This document shows positions 1 to 10,493 of a stretch of 64,000 nt of DNA, in pieces. The translations under genes were made by a program, and so were the position numbers. Source of the DNA: Acidobacteriota bacterium (lineage in GTDB: Bacteria > Acidobacteriota > UBA6911 > RPQK01 > JADFOI01); assembly GCA_963663035.1 (NCBI GenBank), contig OY760074.1, positions 3,264,001-3,328,000 of the forward strand, written 5' to 3'. Position 1 is the stretch's first letter, and each line of letters opens with the position of its first letter. A model generated the notes under the pieces. That model ran no database searches. It worked only from the letters and a program-made list of their open reading frames with translations, and had not been told where the DNA came from.

Positions 1-1164
1 ATCAAACTTCGTCTGCGCCAGGAGGGAGCCGATGTCATCGACCTGGGCATGGGCAACCCCGACCAGCCCACCCCCCAGCACATCGTCAACAAATTGATTG
101 AGGTCGTCCAGGACCGCAAAACACATCGCTATTCCGCCTCCAAGGGTATTCCAGGCTTACTGCGGGCCATCTGCCGCTTTTACAAGAAGCGCTTTGGCGT
201 GGATCTGGACTGGCAGTCCGAGTGCATCGCCACCATCGGCAGCAAGGAGGGTCTGGCCCACCTGATGCTGGCTATACTGGACCCGGGCGACTTGGCGCTG
301 ATTCCCAACCCCTCTTATCCGATTCATATCTACAGCGTGGCCATGGCCGGTGGAAACGTTGTGTCCATTCCTCTGCGCGAGGAGGAGGACTTCGTTCCCG
401 ACCTGGAGTACATTACCAGAGAGATCTGGCCCAGACCCAAAGTTATGACCTTGAATTTCCCTCATAATCCGACTACCGCCACCGTCAGCCTGGACTTCTT
501 CGAGGAGATCGTCCGCTTCGCCCGCGATAACCACATTATGGTCATCCACGATATGGCGTATGCCGATATCACCTTCGATGACTGTAACGCTCCCAGTTTT
601 TTGCAAGTGCCGGGTGCCAAGGATGTAGGGGTGGAATTTTACACCATGTCGAAATCTTACAACATGGCCGGATGGCGGCTCGGCTTCTGCGTGGGCAATC
701 GAGACATCGTGGCAGCTTTGGCCAAGATCAAGGGCTATCACGACTATGGTATTTTTACTCCGATTCAGGTCGCCGGCATCGCCGCGCTGGACGGTCCGCA
801 GGACTGTGTTGTAGAGCAGGCCAAGATCTACCAGAACCGACGGGACGTCCTGTGCGATGGGCTCAACCGCATCGGCTGGTCGGTCAAGGCGCCCAAGGCC
901 AGTATGTTTACCTGGGCGCCGATTCCGGAGCCCTATCGAGAAATGGGCTCGATGGAGTTCTCTACCCTGCTGATGCAGGAGGCCCATGTGGCGGTGCTGC
1001 CTGGAGTCGGCTTCGGGGACCTGGGTGAGGGGTATGTGCGCATTGCCATGGTGGAAAATGAGCACCGGCTTCGCCAGGCCATTCGAAACATTCGCCGCTG
1101 CTTGACGAAGCTCGAGCCCAGCGATCCACAACTGGAGCAACAACAAATGAGGGTGAGGAGTTAA
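1..1164 (+). CDS. alaC: Class I/II PLP-dependent aminotransferase, AlaC/YfdZ-like (5' truncated by window edge)
   Basis: Frame is open from base 1 ([21 protein letters not shown]). Motifs include [31 protein letters not shown] and [12 protein letters not shown] (PLP lysine). Confidence 0.85.
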   Translation: MKLRLRQEGADVIDLGMGNPDQPTPQHIVNKLIEVVQDRKTHRYSASKGIPGLLRAICRFYKKRFGVDLDWQSECIATIGSKEGLAHLMLAILDPGDLALIPNPSYPIHIYSVAMAGGNVVSIPLREEEDFVPDLEYITREIWPRPKVMTLNFPHNPTTATVSLDFFEEIVRFARDNHIMVIHDMAYADITFDDCNAPSFLQVPGAKDVGVEFYTMSKSYNMAGWRLGFCVGNRDIVAALAKIKGYHDYGIFTPIQVAGIAALDGPQDCVVEQAKIYQNRRDVLCDGLNRIGWSVKAPKASMFTWAPIPEPYREMGSMEFSTLLMQEAHVAVLPGVGFGDLGEGYVRIAMVENEHRLRQAIRNIRRCLTKLEPSDPQLEQQQMRVRS

Positions 1165-1394
1165 AGTCCCATCAAAAGGGATCCAAAACTGGCCATGGGA
1201 TGGTTTGCCAAACCGGATTGAAAACTAGTAACATGGGTCGGGTGAGGAGCTGGATCTCGGGCGCAGAGAGCGGATACCATTCGGGCCAAGAGGATGACCA
1301 TTCTCTGTAACCCTATACCCAAACACTCGGCCAGGAGAGAATTTGTGTTTGCCTATATCGGAGTTTATCCTCGAGCCGAAAGTGGAAAGACTTT

Positions 1395-3170
1395 ATGAGC
1401 CCAAAAAGATTTGATCTAGCCATCGCCATTGGCGGTGCTGCCGGACAGGGAATCGCGACCCCCGGTAATATCCTGGCCCGGTTGTTTGTCCGCCGTGGTC
1501 TGCATCTTTACGCCTACAATGCCTATCAATCGATCATCCGAGGCGGGCACATTTTTCTGACTTTGCGTGTCAGTGACCAGAAGGTTCGCAACCACGGGGA
1601 TAAACTGGACCTCCTGCTGTGTCTGAATCAGGACACTATGAATCGGCACCTGGTCCTGATGGGAGAGGGCAGCCGGGTGCTCTTTAACAGCGACGCCATT
1701 CAGGCGGGCCAAGCCGCCAAAGGTGCTCATTTGTGCCCCTTACCCGTTGCTGAGTTGACCAGCGGTGCGCGACAGGTCCAGAACACCGTTGCCCTGGGAA
1801 CCATCACATCTATGCTGGGGCTGGAGTTTCAAGTCCTCGAGGATGCCTTGACCCTTCAGTTCAAGCGAAAGGGCCAGGCTGTGGTCGATGGGAACGTTAG
1901 CGCAGGTCGTGCCGGCTTTGACCACGCAAAGGCCAACTTCGAGCCTTTTCCGGATCCGCTTCCCACTGGTCCCAAACCACTAGGGGTCTGGACCGGAAAT
2001 GAGGCTTTGGCGATGGGTGGCGCCGCCGCCGGCGTTAAGTTTTACTGTGCCTACCCCATGAGTCCTGCAACCGGAGTGCTCCATTGGATGGCCAAGAATG
2101 CTCGCGAGCTGGGAATTATGGTTCGGCAGGTGGAGGACGAAATCGCAGTGGCCAATATGGCCGTCGGGGCAGCCCATGCCGGTTGCCGGGCCATGTGTGC
2201 CACCTCCGGCGGAGGGTTCGCATTGATGACCGAAGCTATAGGCATGGCGGGAATGATGGAGGTTCCCGTAGTGTTTATTAACGTTCAGCGAGCCGGTCCC
2301 TCCACGGGCGTGCCCACCAAGACCGAACAGGGGGATCTGTGGCAGGTGCTGGGCGCCAGCCAGGGGGACTTCGAGCGCCTCATCGTGGCCCCGAAAGATG
2401 CCCTGGACGCCTTTGATACCATCCCCGAGCTGTTCAATCTGGTGGACAAATATCAGTGCCCTGGCATTGTCATCTCCGATCTGCTGATCTCAGAAGGCAC
2501 CTTCAGCGTTGATCCCGACAAGATTAGCCTGCGTCCAGAGATCGATCGGGGGGATTTGATTACTTCCTCCTCCCAGGACGACGGCTATATGCGCTACAAG
2601 AATACAGAAAGTGGGATCTCTCCGCGCGCCTTGCCAGGCCTGGAGGGTTATATCCACGTCGTGGCCACCGACGAGCACGACGAGGACAGTATTTTGATCA
2701 GCGACGAGTTCACCAACCCACATAAGCGCCGCAAGATGGTCGAAAAAAGAGCCCGAAAGTTCAAAGACATCGGCAAAGCGATGGCAGCGCCACAGTTGGA
2801 GGGTCCGGAGGATGCCCAGGTCACGCTCATCGGATGGGGATCCACTTACGGTGTCATCAAAGAGGCGGTGGAGCAGTTGAGCCACCAGGGGATTACCGCC
2901 AATCAGCTTGCCATCAAATGGATCGTTCCCCTTCACGCAGAAGTGGTGAGCGAGATCATCTCTCGCTCCAAGCGAACGATTATTGTCGAGAACAACTACT
3001 CCGGCCAGTTTTTCCGCTATCTGCGGAGTGAAACCGGACTCAGCGTGGACGGACACATCCGCAAGTACGATGGTGAGCCCTTTATGCCCCATCACATTGT
3101 GGAAGGTGTGCTGGAGCAGCTTTCCGGGACGACCGATCACTCCGTACCGATTCAGGAAATCATGGTCTAA
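1395..3170 (+). CDS. korA: 2-oxoacid:ferredoxin oxidoreductase alpha subunit
   Basis: GGAAGQGI, YPMSPAT, EDEIA, TSGGGFALM, QRAGPSTGVPTKTEQGD motifs. Confidence 0.93.
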   Translation: MSPKRFDLAIAIGGAAGQGIATPGNILARLFVRRGLHLYAYNAYQSIIRGGHIFLTLRVSDQKVRNHGDKLDLLLCLNQDTMNRHLVLMGEGSRVLFNSDAIQAGQAAKGAHLCPLPVAELTSGARQVQNTVALGTITSMLGLEFQVLEDALTLQFKRKGQAVVDGNVSAGRAGFDHAKANFEPFPDPLPTGPKPLGVWTGNEALAMGGAAAGVKFYCAYPMSPATGVLHWMAKNARELGIMVRQVEDEIAVANMAVGAAHAGCRAMCATSGGGFALMTEAIGMAGMMEVPVVFINVQRAGPSTGVPTKTEQGDLWQVLGASQGDFERLIVAPKDALDAFDTIPELFNLVDKYQCPGIVISDLLISEGTFSVDPDKISLRPEIDRGDLITSSSQDDGYMRYKNTESGISPRALPGLEGYIHVVATDEHDEDSILISDEFTNPHKRRKMVEKRARKFKDIGKAMAAPQLEGPEDAQVTLIGWGSTYGVIKEAVEQLSHQGITANQLAIKWIVPLHAEVVSEIISRSKRTIIVENNYSGQFFRYLRSETGLSVDGHIRKYDGEPFMPHHIVEGVLEQLSGTTDHSVPIQEIMV

Positions 3171-3182
3171 TGAGGTAAGAAT

Positions 3183-4100
3183 ATGACAGTTGGAGATAGC
3201 ACCCGGGATGTAACCGCGGACAAGCCCATCACTTCACTGCAGGCGAAGGATTTTAAGGGACCAGTGGAACCTGACTGGTGTCCGGGCTGTGGCGACTTTG
3301 GAGTCCTGAAGGGCCTTCAGAAAGCCTGTGCGGAGCTGGGGCTCCTGCCCCATCAGATCCTGACCGTCAGCGGGATCGGCTGTTCCTCCAATCTTCCCGG
3401 GTACGTCAACGCCTATGGGATGCACACTCTTCATGGCCGGCCCTTGGCCGTGGCCACTGGTGCCCAAATGGCGAATCACGAGCTCACCGTTATTGCAACG
3501 GGTGGAGACGGCGATGGATACGGCATTGGTGGGAACCACTTTGTGCACACGGCGCGCCGCAACGTAGACCTGACCTATATCGTCATGAACAACCAGATTT
3601 ATGGTCTCACCACCGGACAGATTTCTCCCACCAGCACCCAGGACATGAAAACCAAGAGTACGCCCTTTGGCAGCGTGGAGCTTCCCATCAATCCCATCAC
3701 GGCGGCCATCATGAACGGAGCGACTTTTGTGGCTCGTGGCTACAGCGGTCAGGGCAAGCATATGGTGGAGTTGATGAAGAAGGCGATCCAGCATAAGGGG
3801 TTTGCTCTTGTTGACATCTTCAGCCCTTGTGTTACGTTCAACCATGACAACGACTACCAATTTTTCAAACCACGCATTAAGAAGCTCGAAGACGAAGGCC
3901 ACGACACCAGCGATTGGAAGACGGCCTGCGAGAAAGCCATGGAGTGGGGCGACACGATCTATATCGGACTGTTCCTGCAAAAGGACCAACCGACTCTCAG
4001 CCAACTGGAGCCTGTCCTGGATGAAGGCGGTCCTCTAGCCTATCGTCCTCTGGGTCTCAGCCAGGAGCAGAGTCAACGGATCCTCAAAAGAATGATGTGA
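3183..4100 (+). CDS. korB: 2-oxoacid:ferredoxin oxidoreductase beta subunit
   Basis: WCPGCGDF, SGIGCSS, HGR and the TPP motif GGDGDGYGIG...NN. Directly follows the alpha subunit. Confidence 0.93.
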   Translation: MTVGDSTRDVTADKPITSLQAKDFKGPVEPDWCPGCGDFGVLKGLQKACAELGLLPHQILTVSGIGCSSNLPGYVNAYGMHTLHGRPLAVATGAQMANHELTVIATGGDGDGYGIGGNHFVHTARRNVDLTYIVMNNQIYGLTTGQISPTSTQDMKTKSTPFGSVELPINPITAAIMNGATFVARGYSGQGKHMVELMKKAIQHKGFALVDIFSPCVTFNHDNDYQFFKPRIKKLEDEGHDTSDWKTACEKAMEWGDTIYIGLFLQKDQPTLSQLEPVLDEGGPLAYRPLGLSQEQSQRILKRMM

Positions 4101-4109
4101 AGGAAAGTT

Positions 4110-4187
4110 CCAGGCTCCAGGCTCCAGGCTCCAGGTTCCAAGTTTCAGGTTCCGGAACATCTTCTACCTCCTGACTCCTGACTCCTT
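4110..4187. repeat. Degenerate heptamer tandem repeats (CCAGGCT/CCAGGTT x~6; CTCCTGA x~3)
   Basis: Read directly in the spacer between convergent korB and DUF1501 genes. Confidence 0.8.
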
Positions 4188-4190
4188 CTC

Positions 4191-5438
4191 CTATAGCATT
4201 CCTTTGAAGCGCTTCGGATCTACCCTGTAATCCGGGAAAATGGCGTCTGCATCTGAAGATCCAAGGTGCCGGACCAGCACTTCTGCAAACACATCCCGAA
4301 AATCTGTGGTGAGAGCCAGATCCCGACCCTGGTAAAGTTGTTCAGGTGCAAGACCTGGCCACTGCCCGTAGACCTTTCCACCCTTGATATCTCCACCCAG
4401 GAGAAACATCACGTTGGCGTGGCCATGATCGGTACCGGCGTTCCCGTTCTCGCGAGCCGTTCGTCCAAATTCCGACATGGTGAGAACCAGCACGTCTTCC
4501 ATGCGATCCCCCAGATCCCGATAGAGGGCCGCCAGACCTTGTCCGAACTCTCTCAGCCGGTTGCTCAGCTGACCGTTGACTCCCCCCTCATTGATATGGT
4601 GATCCCACCCACCGATATCCAGGAACGCTACCTCTAACCCGATGTTGGCCTTGATCAATTGGGCGATCTGCCCGAGATTTCGGCCGAAGCGACCTTGCGG
4701 ATACTCCACTCCCGCCTCAGGGCGATACTGGCCGGGGTTGGCTTTCTTGAGAAAATCAATCGCTTGGAACATTTCCTGAGCTGTGCCCGATAACAGAGAG
4801 TCTGTCTCCTGGTCGTAAAGGGTCTCGTAGGCGGTACGGGCCTGTTGTTGGAGCGCTCCCGCTCTCAGGTCAAAAGAATCGATGTTCCCCAAGGCGATAG
4901 CCGGGGTCTCACCTTTGAGGGAGCGAGGCAGGCTCGTTCCCATGGCAACCCCTCGAAAGGAGGTGGCTTCTGGATCCGGATTGTGCTCCAGATAACGACT
5001 CAACCATCCGTCGGAAATACTCTTGGTCCCGGGAGCGGCCGACTCCATAAAGTCTTGAGCATCGAAGTGAGAACGCGTGGAATCGGGAGAGCCTGCTGCA
5101 TGTACGATCGCCATTTGCCCCTCTTGGTAAAGACGGTGAAGAGGCTTCAGCGAGGGATGGAGTCCGAAAAAGCCGTTCAGGTCGACCGCAGACTCCTGCC
5201 CTGAGGTGGGAGCTGGGATGGCAATGGTGGGACGACTCGCGTAGTAGGCCTGCTCCCCAAAGGGCACGACGGTATTGAGACCGTCAGCTCCGCCTCGTTG
5301 AAAGACGGCGATGAGAACCTTTCTTCGCCGAGTGTCCGCGGGGACCGCCTGCACGGTGCGAAGCACGAAACTGGGCACTGTTCCCATTCCTACAAGGGCA
5401 ATCCCGCCGTTTTTGAGAAGGATGCGTCGGGTAATCAT
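4191..5438 (-). CDS. DUF1501 family protein, likely Tat-exported
   Basis: N-terminal TRRILLK, then RGGADGLN, RSHFDAQ, GGWDHH, SEFGRT, GTDHG. Adjacent to DUF1800. Confidence 0.88.
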   Translation of the reverse strand: MITRRILLKNGGIALVGMGTVPSFVLRTVQAVPADTRRRKVLIAVFQRGGADGLNTVVPFGEQAYYASRPTIAIPAPTSGQESAVDLNGFFGLHPSLKPLHRLYQEGQMAIVHAAGSPDSTRSHFDAQDFMESAAPGTKSISDGWLSRYLEHNPDPEATSFRGVAMGTSLPRSLKGETPAIALGNIDSFDLRAGALQQQARTAYETLYDQETDSLLSGTAQEMFQAIDFLKKANPGQYRPEAGVEYPQGRFGRNLGQIAQLIKANIGLEVAFLDIGGWDHHINEGGVNGQLSNRLREFGQGLAALYRDLGDRMEDVLVLTMSEFGRTARENGNAGTDHGHANVMFLLGGDIKGGKVYGQWPGLAPEQLYQGRDLALTTDFRDVFAEVLVRHLGSSDADAIFPDYRVDPKRFKGML

Positions 5439-5449
5439 CAGGATGTCTC

Positions 5450-7186
5450 CTATCTCTTTTGGAATTGTGGTGAGCCCAGCATAAAAGCAGCAGCAATCAC
5501 CTGCTTGGAAAAGCGAGTCTGACGCAGACCATCTCGCCGATCCTGCTCTTCTCCGGCCTGCCCGAGAAGGGTGCGGGTCTGCTCGAGTTGTTGGGTGTTG
5601 GGTTCAGGAAGCCTGAGCTGCTGGAACAGCGGCCCGGCTGATGCAAGATCTACCCGAATCTGAGGAATCCTGTCAGCGGCTAGAACGAGGGCGAAGTTCA
5701 ATCGCTGTAGCAGCGAGTTGGTATTAATCCAGGCAGAAGCCACATCCGGGTAACCAGTGGGTTCCTGGCACAGGTAGAGCGCCTCCCCCATTTCGGCCAA
5801 GACCTGCATCAGCCGACGGGCCGGGCGCATCTCAGCTTCTGTAGCGCGTAGAGAACTCACCACCAGTTCAAGAGGCTTCTTGACTTTGGCCTGATAGGCG
5901 TCGCGGGAGAAGAAGTGAGGATGAGTAAAGATTGTCCATAATACCTCTCGGATGTCTCCGCCCGTCCGCTCGAAGGTGAGACTTGCCGCATCCACCAGGT
6001 CCTCGGGAGGATCGTCGGCGACGAAGCGCCGAACCAGTTTTGTGGAAATAAAGCGAGCGGTGGAGGGATGGCGAGCCAGCATCTTGATCACCTGCTCACC
6101 CTCTTGAACTCCACCGGATCGAATAGTCTGCCCCAGCACCACTTTGTCGCCCTCTTCGTGCAGAAGAGGTTGGAACTGAAAGGGGCCTCCCTGTCGGGGA
6201 GCCGTAATGGTCCAGCCCGTTAAAGCCCTGGCCACCTGGATGACATCCTCCTGGCTGTATCCTCCCTCGACACCGAGAGTGTGAAGCTCCATTAGCTCTC
6301 GGGCATAGTTCTCATTGAGGCCCTTGGCACGCTGTAAATTCCTCAGGATTGCCCGGTCTGCCGGCTGGCGGGTACTCTGCTGGCGCCGCCTGCGAGAGCG
6401 CGGTGCCAGACGACTTCTTAAAGTGGCGACGCGTTCTTCCATGACCTGGGCAGGTGCAGAACTGATCCAGTTGTCCAGGTAAAAAAGCATGGCCGGGCTC
6501 TTGGCGGTTGCCATCAGGAGATCTTCGAATTTTCCCAGGACCAGGGGACGCACGACGCTTTGCTCGAAATCGGTCGTGTACACTCGATCCTGACCCTTGG
6601 ACAGGAAGATATTGAAGTGGTTCATCCAGAAGTCAGCCATCACTTCCTGAAGCTGGCGCTCACTGTAAAGAGCCCGGAGCAGCTTGGCCTGGGTGAGCTC
6701 GAACCGAATCTGCTGCATACCCTCTCGCATCTGTCGGCGAGCCGCTTGCATTTCCTCGGTGACCTCAGGGACTGAATCGGATCCAGACATCTGCTCTGGG
6801 TCGTTCTGTCTTTCCGCCTGGAGGGTCTGCATTTGGCGTCTCAGCTCATTGGTACCGGAAGAGAGTTCGGCCAGCTCTGGCGGGGTCATGGTCAAGGTCT
6901 TGAAACCGGCCAGTTTTTCCTCCACGACGGTCTCGGGAATGAGCTGGGGACGAAGCTGCTGCTCGATATAGGCTTGAATCCCCATGGCCGCGACTCGTTC
7001 GATATCTCCCGGTCGAGGTCCAAAGCTCAAGCGATTCAGTACGTGGATGATTTTCTCCTCTTCTGTCAGTGTCATCTCCTCAGGGCCGGCCCAGGAAAAG
7101 ACAGACGCTCCAGGAGCAATCAATAAAGAGCAAAGCACCAAAGCCAAAATGGACTGTCCTGTTCTTGCTGAAGCCAAACTCTCCAT
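5450..7186 (-). CDS. DUF1800 family protein
   Basis: LNRLSFGPRPGD, FWMNHFN, MLFYLDN, NENYARELMELHTLG, SPQFQKR. Start moved to ATG 7186 (AGGAG RBS) because the ORF-track extension runs through a repeat. Confidence 0.88.
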   Translation of the reverse strand: MESLASARTGQSILALVLCSLLIAPGASVFSWAGPEEMTLTEEEKIIHVLNRLSFGPRPGDIERVAAMGIQAYIEQQLRPQLIPETVVEEKLAGFKTLTMTPPELAELSSGTNELRRQMQTLQAERQNDPEQMSGSDSVPEVTEEMQAARRQMREGMQQIRFELTQAKLLRALYSERQLQEVMADFWMNHFNIFLSKGQDRVYTTDFEQSVVRPLVLGKFEDLLMATAKSPAMLFYLDNWISSAPAQVMEERVATLRSRLAPRSRRRRQQSTRQPADRAILRNLQRAKGLNENYARELMELHTLGVEGGYSQEDVIQVARALTGWTITAPRQGGPFQFQPLLHEEGDKVVLGQTIRSGGVQEGEQVIKMLARHPSTARFISTKLVRRFVADDPPEDLVDAASLTFERTGGDIREVLWTIFTHPHFFSRDAYQAKVKKPLELVVSSLRATEAEMRPARRLMQVLAEMGEALYLCQEPTGYPDVASAWINTNSLLQRLNFALVLAADRIPQIRVDLASAGPLFQQLRLPEPNTQQLEQTRTLLGQAGEEQDRRDGLRQTRFSKQVIAAAFMLGSPQFQKR

Positions 7187-7200
7187 GGTGATCTCCTGAC

Positions 7201-7381
7201 TAGCCCGCATTATGCATAGGTTTACGTAGCAAAGTGGCGAAAGCGCCGCGATGACAAGGCGTGCTACGAAGCGCCCCGCAGGCGTACTCTTGCAGTACGC
7301 CGAGGAGCGCAAGGAAGCACAACGCCGTCAGCGCGGATGATTGCGACACTATTGCAGAAAATTTATGCATAATGTGGGCTA
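7201..7381. mobile_element. Palindromic MITE-like repeat, family A copy 1
   Basis: Terminal IR TAGCCCGCATTATGCATA...TATGCATAATGTGGGCTA with internal GCGTACT..AGTACGC hairpin. Confidence 0.85.
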
Positions 7382-7502
7382 AAAAGCACTTCCTTCATCC
7401 TTGCTGCTTGTTAATACGGACCGCAACCAGAAATGTTTCTGACCGGGCCGGGTGTTCCTATCCTCCCTTCAGGTTATACTCAGTACAAAGGCTACCGTAT
7501 TG

Positions 7503-8618
7503 ATGAAGCGAGGCACTGAGGCTATTTTCCTTGACGTTGGTGGGACTCTACTGGAGTTGGGAGACCCGGCCCAGGCCTACCGGGCTATCTTGGAAAGACA
7601 TGGCTATCACGCCACCAAAGACCAGGTTCGCTCCTGGGTCAGACAGGCACAAGAGGAGACCGGCCCCGTCTCCAGTGGGTGCGCGTCGGACTTGTGTGGG
7701 TCTGACTTCACAATCTCCGCCAGCAAAGAGGAAGCACGGCGTCAGGACCTGATTGCCGCTATTCTCCGCAAGGCAGGCGTCAAGAAACACTTCGATAGTT
7801 GCCGGAAGGAAATCTGGGATTCATGGCTGAAAGAACCCGTTTTCCGACTCTTCCCGGAGACTATCTCCACTTTGAAGCAACTCAAAGAATCCGGATTTCT
7901 CCTGGGGGCGGTCTCCAATTGGGAACCGAGACTGCTCGAGTTGTGTGAGAACCTGGGAATTGGCCGATATTTCGACTTCATGTTGATTTCCGAGACTCAA
8001 GGATACGCCAAACCGGGCATTCGACTCTTTGAGCTGGCATTGGAACGAGCCGCAACCCGGCCGGAGAAAGTCATACACGTGGGGAATGATGCGGTAGAAG
8101 ACATCCAGCCTGCGGAGTCGCTGGGTATTCGTGCAGTCCTCCTCCAGCGAAATGGCTCCAAGGGAATGGAACATTCGCCGCGGATTCCCTCGCTGAAAGA
8201 GGTGCTGCCTCTTGCCCGGGCCTCGGCCTGGATTCGTGGGAGGGTGGTGAGTGGTAAGGGTGAGGCAGCTGGCTTCACCGGGCTACCATGGGTCCGGGAA
8301 CAGGTGGCAAGGGGCTTCAACTTTAAGCCATTTCCCGGGACTCTCAATCTGCGGCTGGAAAGGGCGCAGGACCTGGCAATGTGGAAGGAGCTCCGCAGCC
8401 AGCCCGGTCAGTTTCTGGAACCGGAGAAGGGTTATTGTGCCGCGAAGTGTTTTCCAGTCAGCGTGGAAGGACAGGTTTCGGGTGCCATTGTGCTTCCGGC
8501 AGTTCCCTCCTATCCGAGCAACGTGGTTGAGTTATTGGCCCCTGTTAACCTCCGCGAGGCGCTGGGACTGGGCGACGGTGGGGCGGTCACGATTGCCCTT
8601 GTCCCGCCTGCGACGTGA
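7503..8618 (+). CDS. HAD-superfamily hydrolase fused to archaeal-type CTP-dependent riboflavin kinase domain (DUF120)
   Basis: N-terminal DVGGTL, SN, KP, HVGND..EDI. C-terminal GRVVSGKGEA..F...PFPGTLNL...VELLAPVNLREALGLGDG. Confidence 0.8.
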   Translation: MKRGTEAIFLDVGGTLLELGDPAQAYRAILERHGYHATKDQVRSWVRQAQEETGPVSSGCASDLCGSDFTISASKEEARRQDLIAAILRKAGVKKHFDSCRKEIWDSWLKEPVFRLFPETISTLKQLKESGFLLGAVSNWEPRLLELCENLGIGRYFDFMLISETQGYAKPGIRLFELALERAATRPEKVIHVGNDAVEDIQPAESLGIRAVLLQRNGSKGMEHSPRIPSLKEVLPLARASAWIRGRVVSGKGEAAGFTGLPWVREQVARGFNFKPFPGTLNLRLERAQDLAMWKELRSQPGQFLEPEKGYCAAKCFPVSVEGQVSGAIVLPAVPSYPSNVVELLAPVNLREALGLGDGGAVTIALVPPAT

Positions 8619-8643
8619 GAGGGGGCCGCGAGGTAAACAGGAA

Positions 8644-9057
8644 TTGAAAACGCACTTTTCTCGAAAAGTTTTCGTTCAAGAGCAGGGCGCGAGCAACATC
8701 GGTTGCCTTCTCACTATTATGGTGCTGATCATCCTCGGGTACGGGGGGTACAAATTTGGCCCGCCACTTGTAGACGATTTCCAGCTCAGGAATGCAGTGA
8801 GCCAAATTGCCCAATACAGCGCGGCTGGAGTCCTATCTGAAACCACATATGCTTCCGGCGGGCGATCGGGATCGGTTGAGGAGATTGAGCAGGCAGTTGT
8901 GGCAGAGGCCAGGGAGCTGAGAATACCATTGCTCCTGGAGAACGTCAGCGTGCAGAAAGGAGCAGATACCGTTTTCATTACAGTGGAATACACGGTGCCC
9001 ATCTACGTGCTGGGTCGAATAGTTAATTGGCAGTTCAGATTCACCGGACAGAGCTGA
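8644..9057 (+). CDS. Small membrane-anchored protein with pilin-like N-terminus (DUF4845-like)
   Basis: QEQG followed by a hydrophobic helix, with C-terminal ITVEYTVPI. TTG start is uncertain. Confidence 0.55.
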   Translation: MKTHFSRKVFVQEQGASNIGCLLTIMVLIILGYGGYKFGPPLVDDFQLRNAVSQIAQYSAAGVLSETTYASGGRSGSVEEIEQAVVAEARELRIPLLLENVSVQKGADTVFITVEYTVPIYVLGRIVNWQFRFTGQS

Positions 9058-9068
9058 TACCGACCGGG

Positions 9069-10154
9069 ATGAGAATTCATGAATTGGAAACCCCCGCCTT
9101 AGTCGTCGATCTGGACAGGATGGAAAGAAACCTGCAAGGCATGGCCGGTTATTGCCAGCAGCACGGCCTCAATCTTCGACCCCACGCCAAAACCCATAAA
9201 ATCCCTGAGCTCGCCAAGAAGCAGATTGAGTTAGGAGCCTGTGGAATCACGGTCGCCAAAGTTGGTGAAGCGGAGGTCATGACTCAAGAAGGCCTGGATG
9301 ATCTCATGCTGGCTTATCCTCTCTTCGGAGCTGCCAAAGCTCTTCGTCTGGGTGTTCTTCTGGAAAGAGCCCGCATCACGGTCGCTCTTGACTCTGAAGA
9401 ATCCCTGAGCTGGGTTGCTCAGGCCGCCAGCGGGAAATCGATCGATGTTTTAGTGGAGATCGATTTGGGCATGAGGCGCTGCGGGGTGAGGCCAGGAACA
9501 GATGCAGTGGAACTGGCGCGGTTGATCGATTCTACAGCCGGGCTCCGCTTTCAGGGGCTCATGTTTTACCCCGGGCATATCCGCCCCGATTGGAATGGCA
9601 GTACTCGAGAATTGGAGCAGTTAAACCTGGATCTCCAGCGCCAGTTGGAGCTCTTTGAAAAGGAAAAGATCCCCGTTCGACGGGTCAGTGGTGGGAGCAC
9701 TCCCTCAGCCTTTCACTCACATCGCATAGAGGGTCTGACCGAGATCCGGCCGGGCACCTATATCTTTAACGACCGCAACAGCATTGAATGGAAGACCTGC
9801 AGCAGTGAAGATTGTGCGGCCTCTCTACTGACTACGGTGGTCAGTACGGCAGTTCCCGGCCAGGCTATCATTGACGCGGGCTCGAAGACCTTCTCCAGTG
9901 ACCCGCTCAGACCCGGAGAAAAAAGAGGTTACGGTCTGGTGAAGGACTGTCCGGAGGTCCAGTTCTTGAGCATGAATGAAGAACATGGTTATTTAAAGGT
10001 TCCAGCTGAGGTCAAACTGGAGGTTGGTCAGGCTCTCGAAATCATCCCCAATCATATCTGCGCTACTGTCAATATGCATGATGTCATCTTCGGCTATCGG
10101 GGTGAGGAAGTTGTGGAATCGTGGATCGTCAAAGCACGTGGGAAGATCCGTTAA
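9069..10154 (+). CDS. D-threonine aldolase / D-serine dehydratase (DSD1) family PLP enzyme
   Basis: LETPALVVD, RPHAKTHK, GGSTP, EIRPGTYIFND, NEEHG, IPNHIC. Confidence 0.88.
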   Translation: MRIHELETPALVVDLDRMERNLQGMAGYCQQHGLNLRPHAKTHKIPELAKKQIELGACGITVAKVGEAEVMTQEGLDDLMLAYPLFGAAKALRLGVLLERARITVALDSEESLSWVAQAASGKSIDVLVEIDLGMRRCGVRPGTDAVELARLIDSTAGLRFQGLMFYPGHIRPDWNGSTRELEQLNLDLQRQLELFEKEKIPVRRVSGGSTPSAFHSHRIEGLTEIRPGTYIFNDRNSIEWKTCSSEDCAASLLTTVVSTAVPGQAIIDAGSKTFSSDPLRPGEKRGYGLVKDCPEVQFLSMNEEHGYLKVPAEVKLEVGQALEIIPNHICATVNMHDVIFGYRGEEVVESWIVKARGKIR

Positions 10155-10160
10155 TGGGTC

Positions 10161-10373
10161 TAGCCGGGATTATGAATAAGTTTCCTACTGCAGTGCCGCA
10201 ATCATCCACGCTGACTGCGTTATGCGACCCGCAAAGCGGGTACCCCTTGGGCTCCTCGGCGTACTGCATGAGTACGCCTGCGGGGCCCGACCCGCAAGCG
10301 GGTGCCCTCGCATGCCTTGTCATCGCGGCGCCAGCGGCACTTCGTCACGAAAACCTATGCATGATCCCGGCTA
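10161..10373. mobile_element. MITE-like repeat, family A copy 2
   Basis: TAGCCGGGATTATGAATA...TATGCATGATCCCGGCTA with two GACCCGCAAGCGGGT-type hairpins and a CGTACT..AGTACG hairpin. Confidence 0.85.
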
Positions 10374-10493
10374 AGCATCTTTCCTGGTTGCTATTTTTCC
10401 TTTTATTGGAGACCATTGGTTTGATGTTTCTGCCAGGTATCCGCCCGCTTTTTTGTGTGCCCGATTCACCCTTCCACCGTTGAGGAGAGCAAG

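Noticed and set aside
8251-8643. N-terminal half of track ORF 8251-9057
   Set aside because: It overlaps the riboflavin kinase domain in another frame. Only the part after ~8644 looks like a protein.
10121-10483. Small ORFs across repeats (also 7261-7503, 13083-13379, 16996-17307, 31647-31910)
   Set aside because: They are open frames through palindromic elements with no independent coding evidence.
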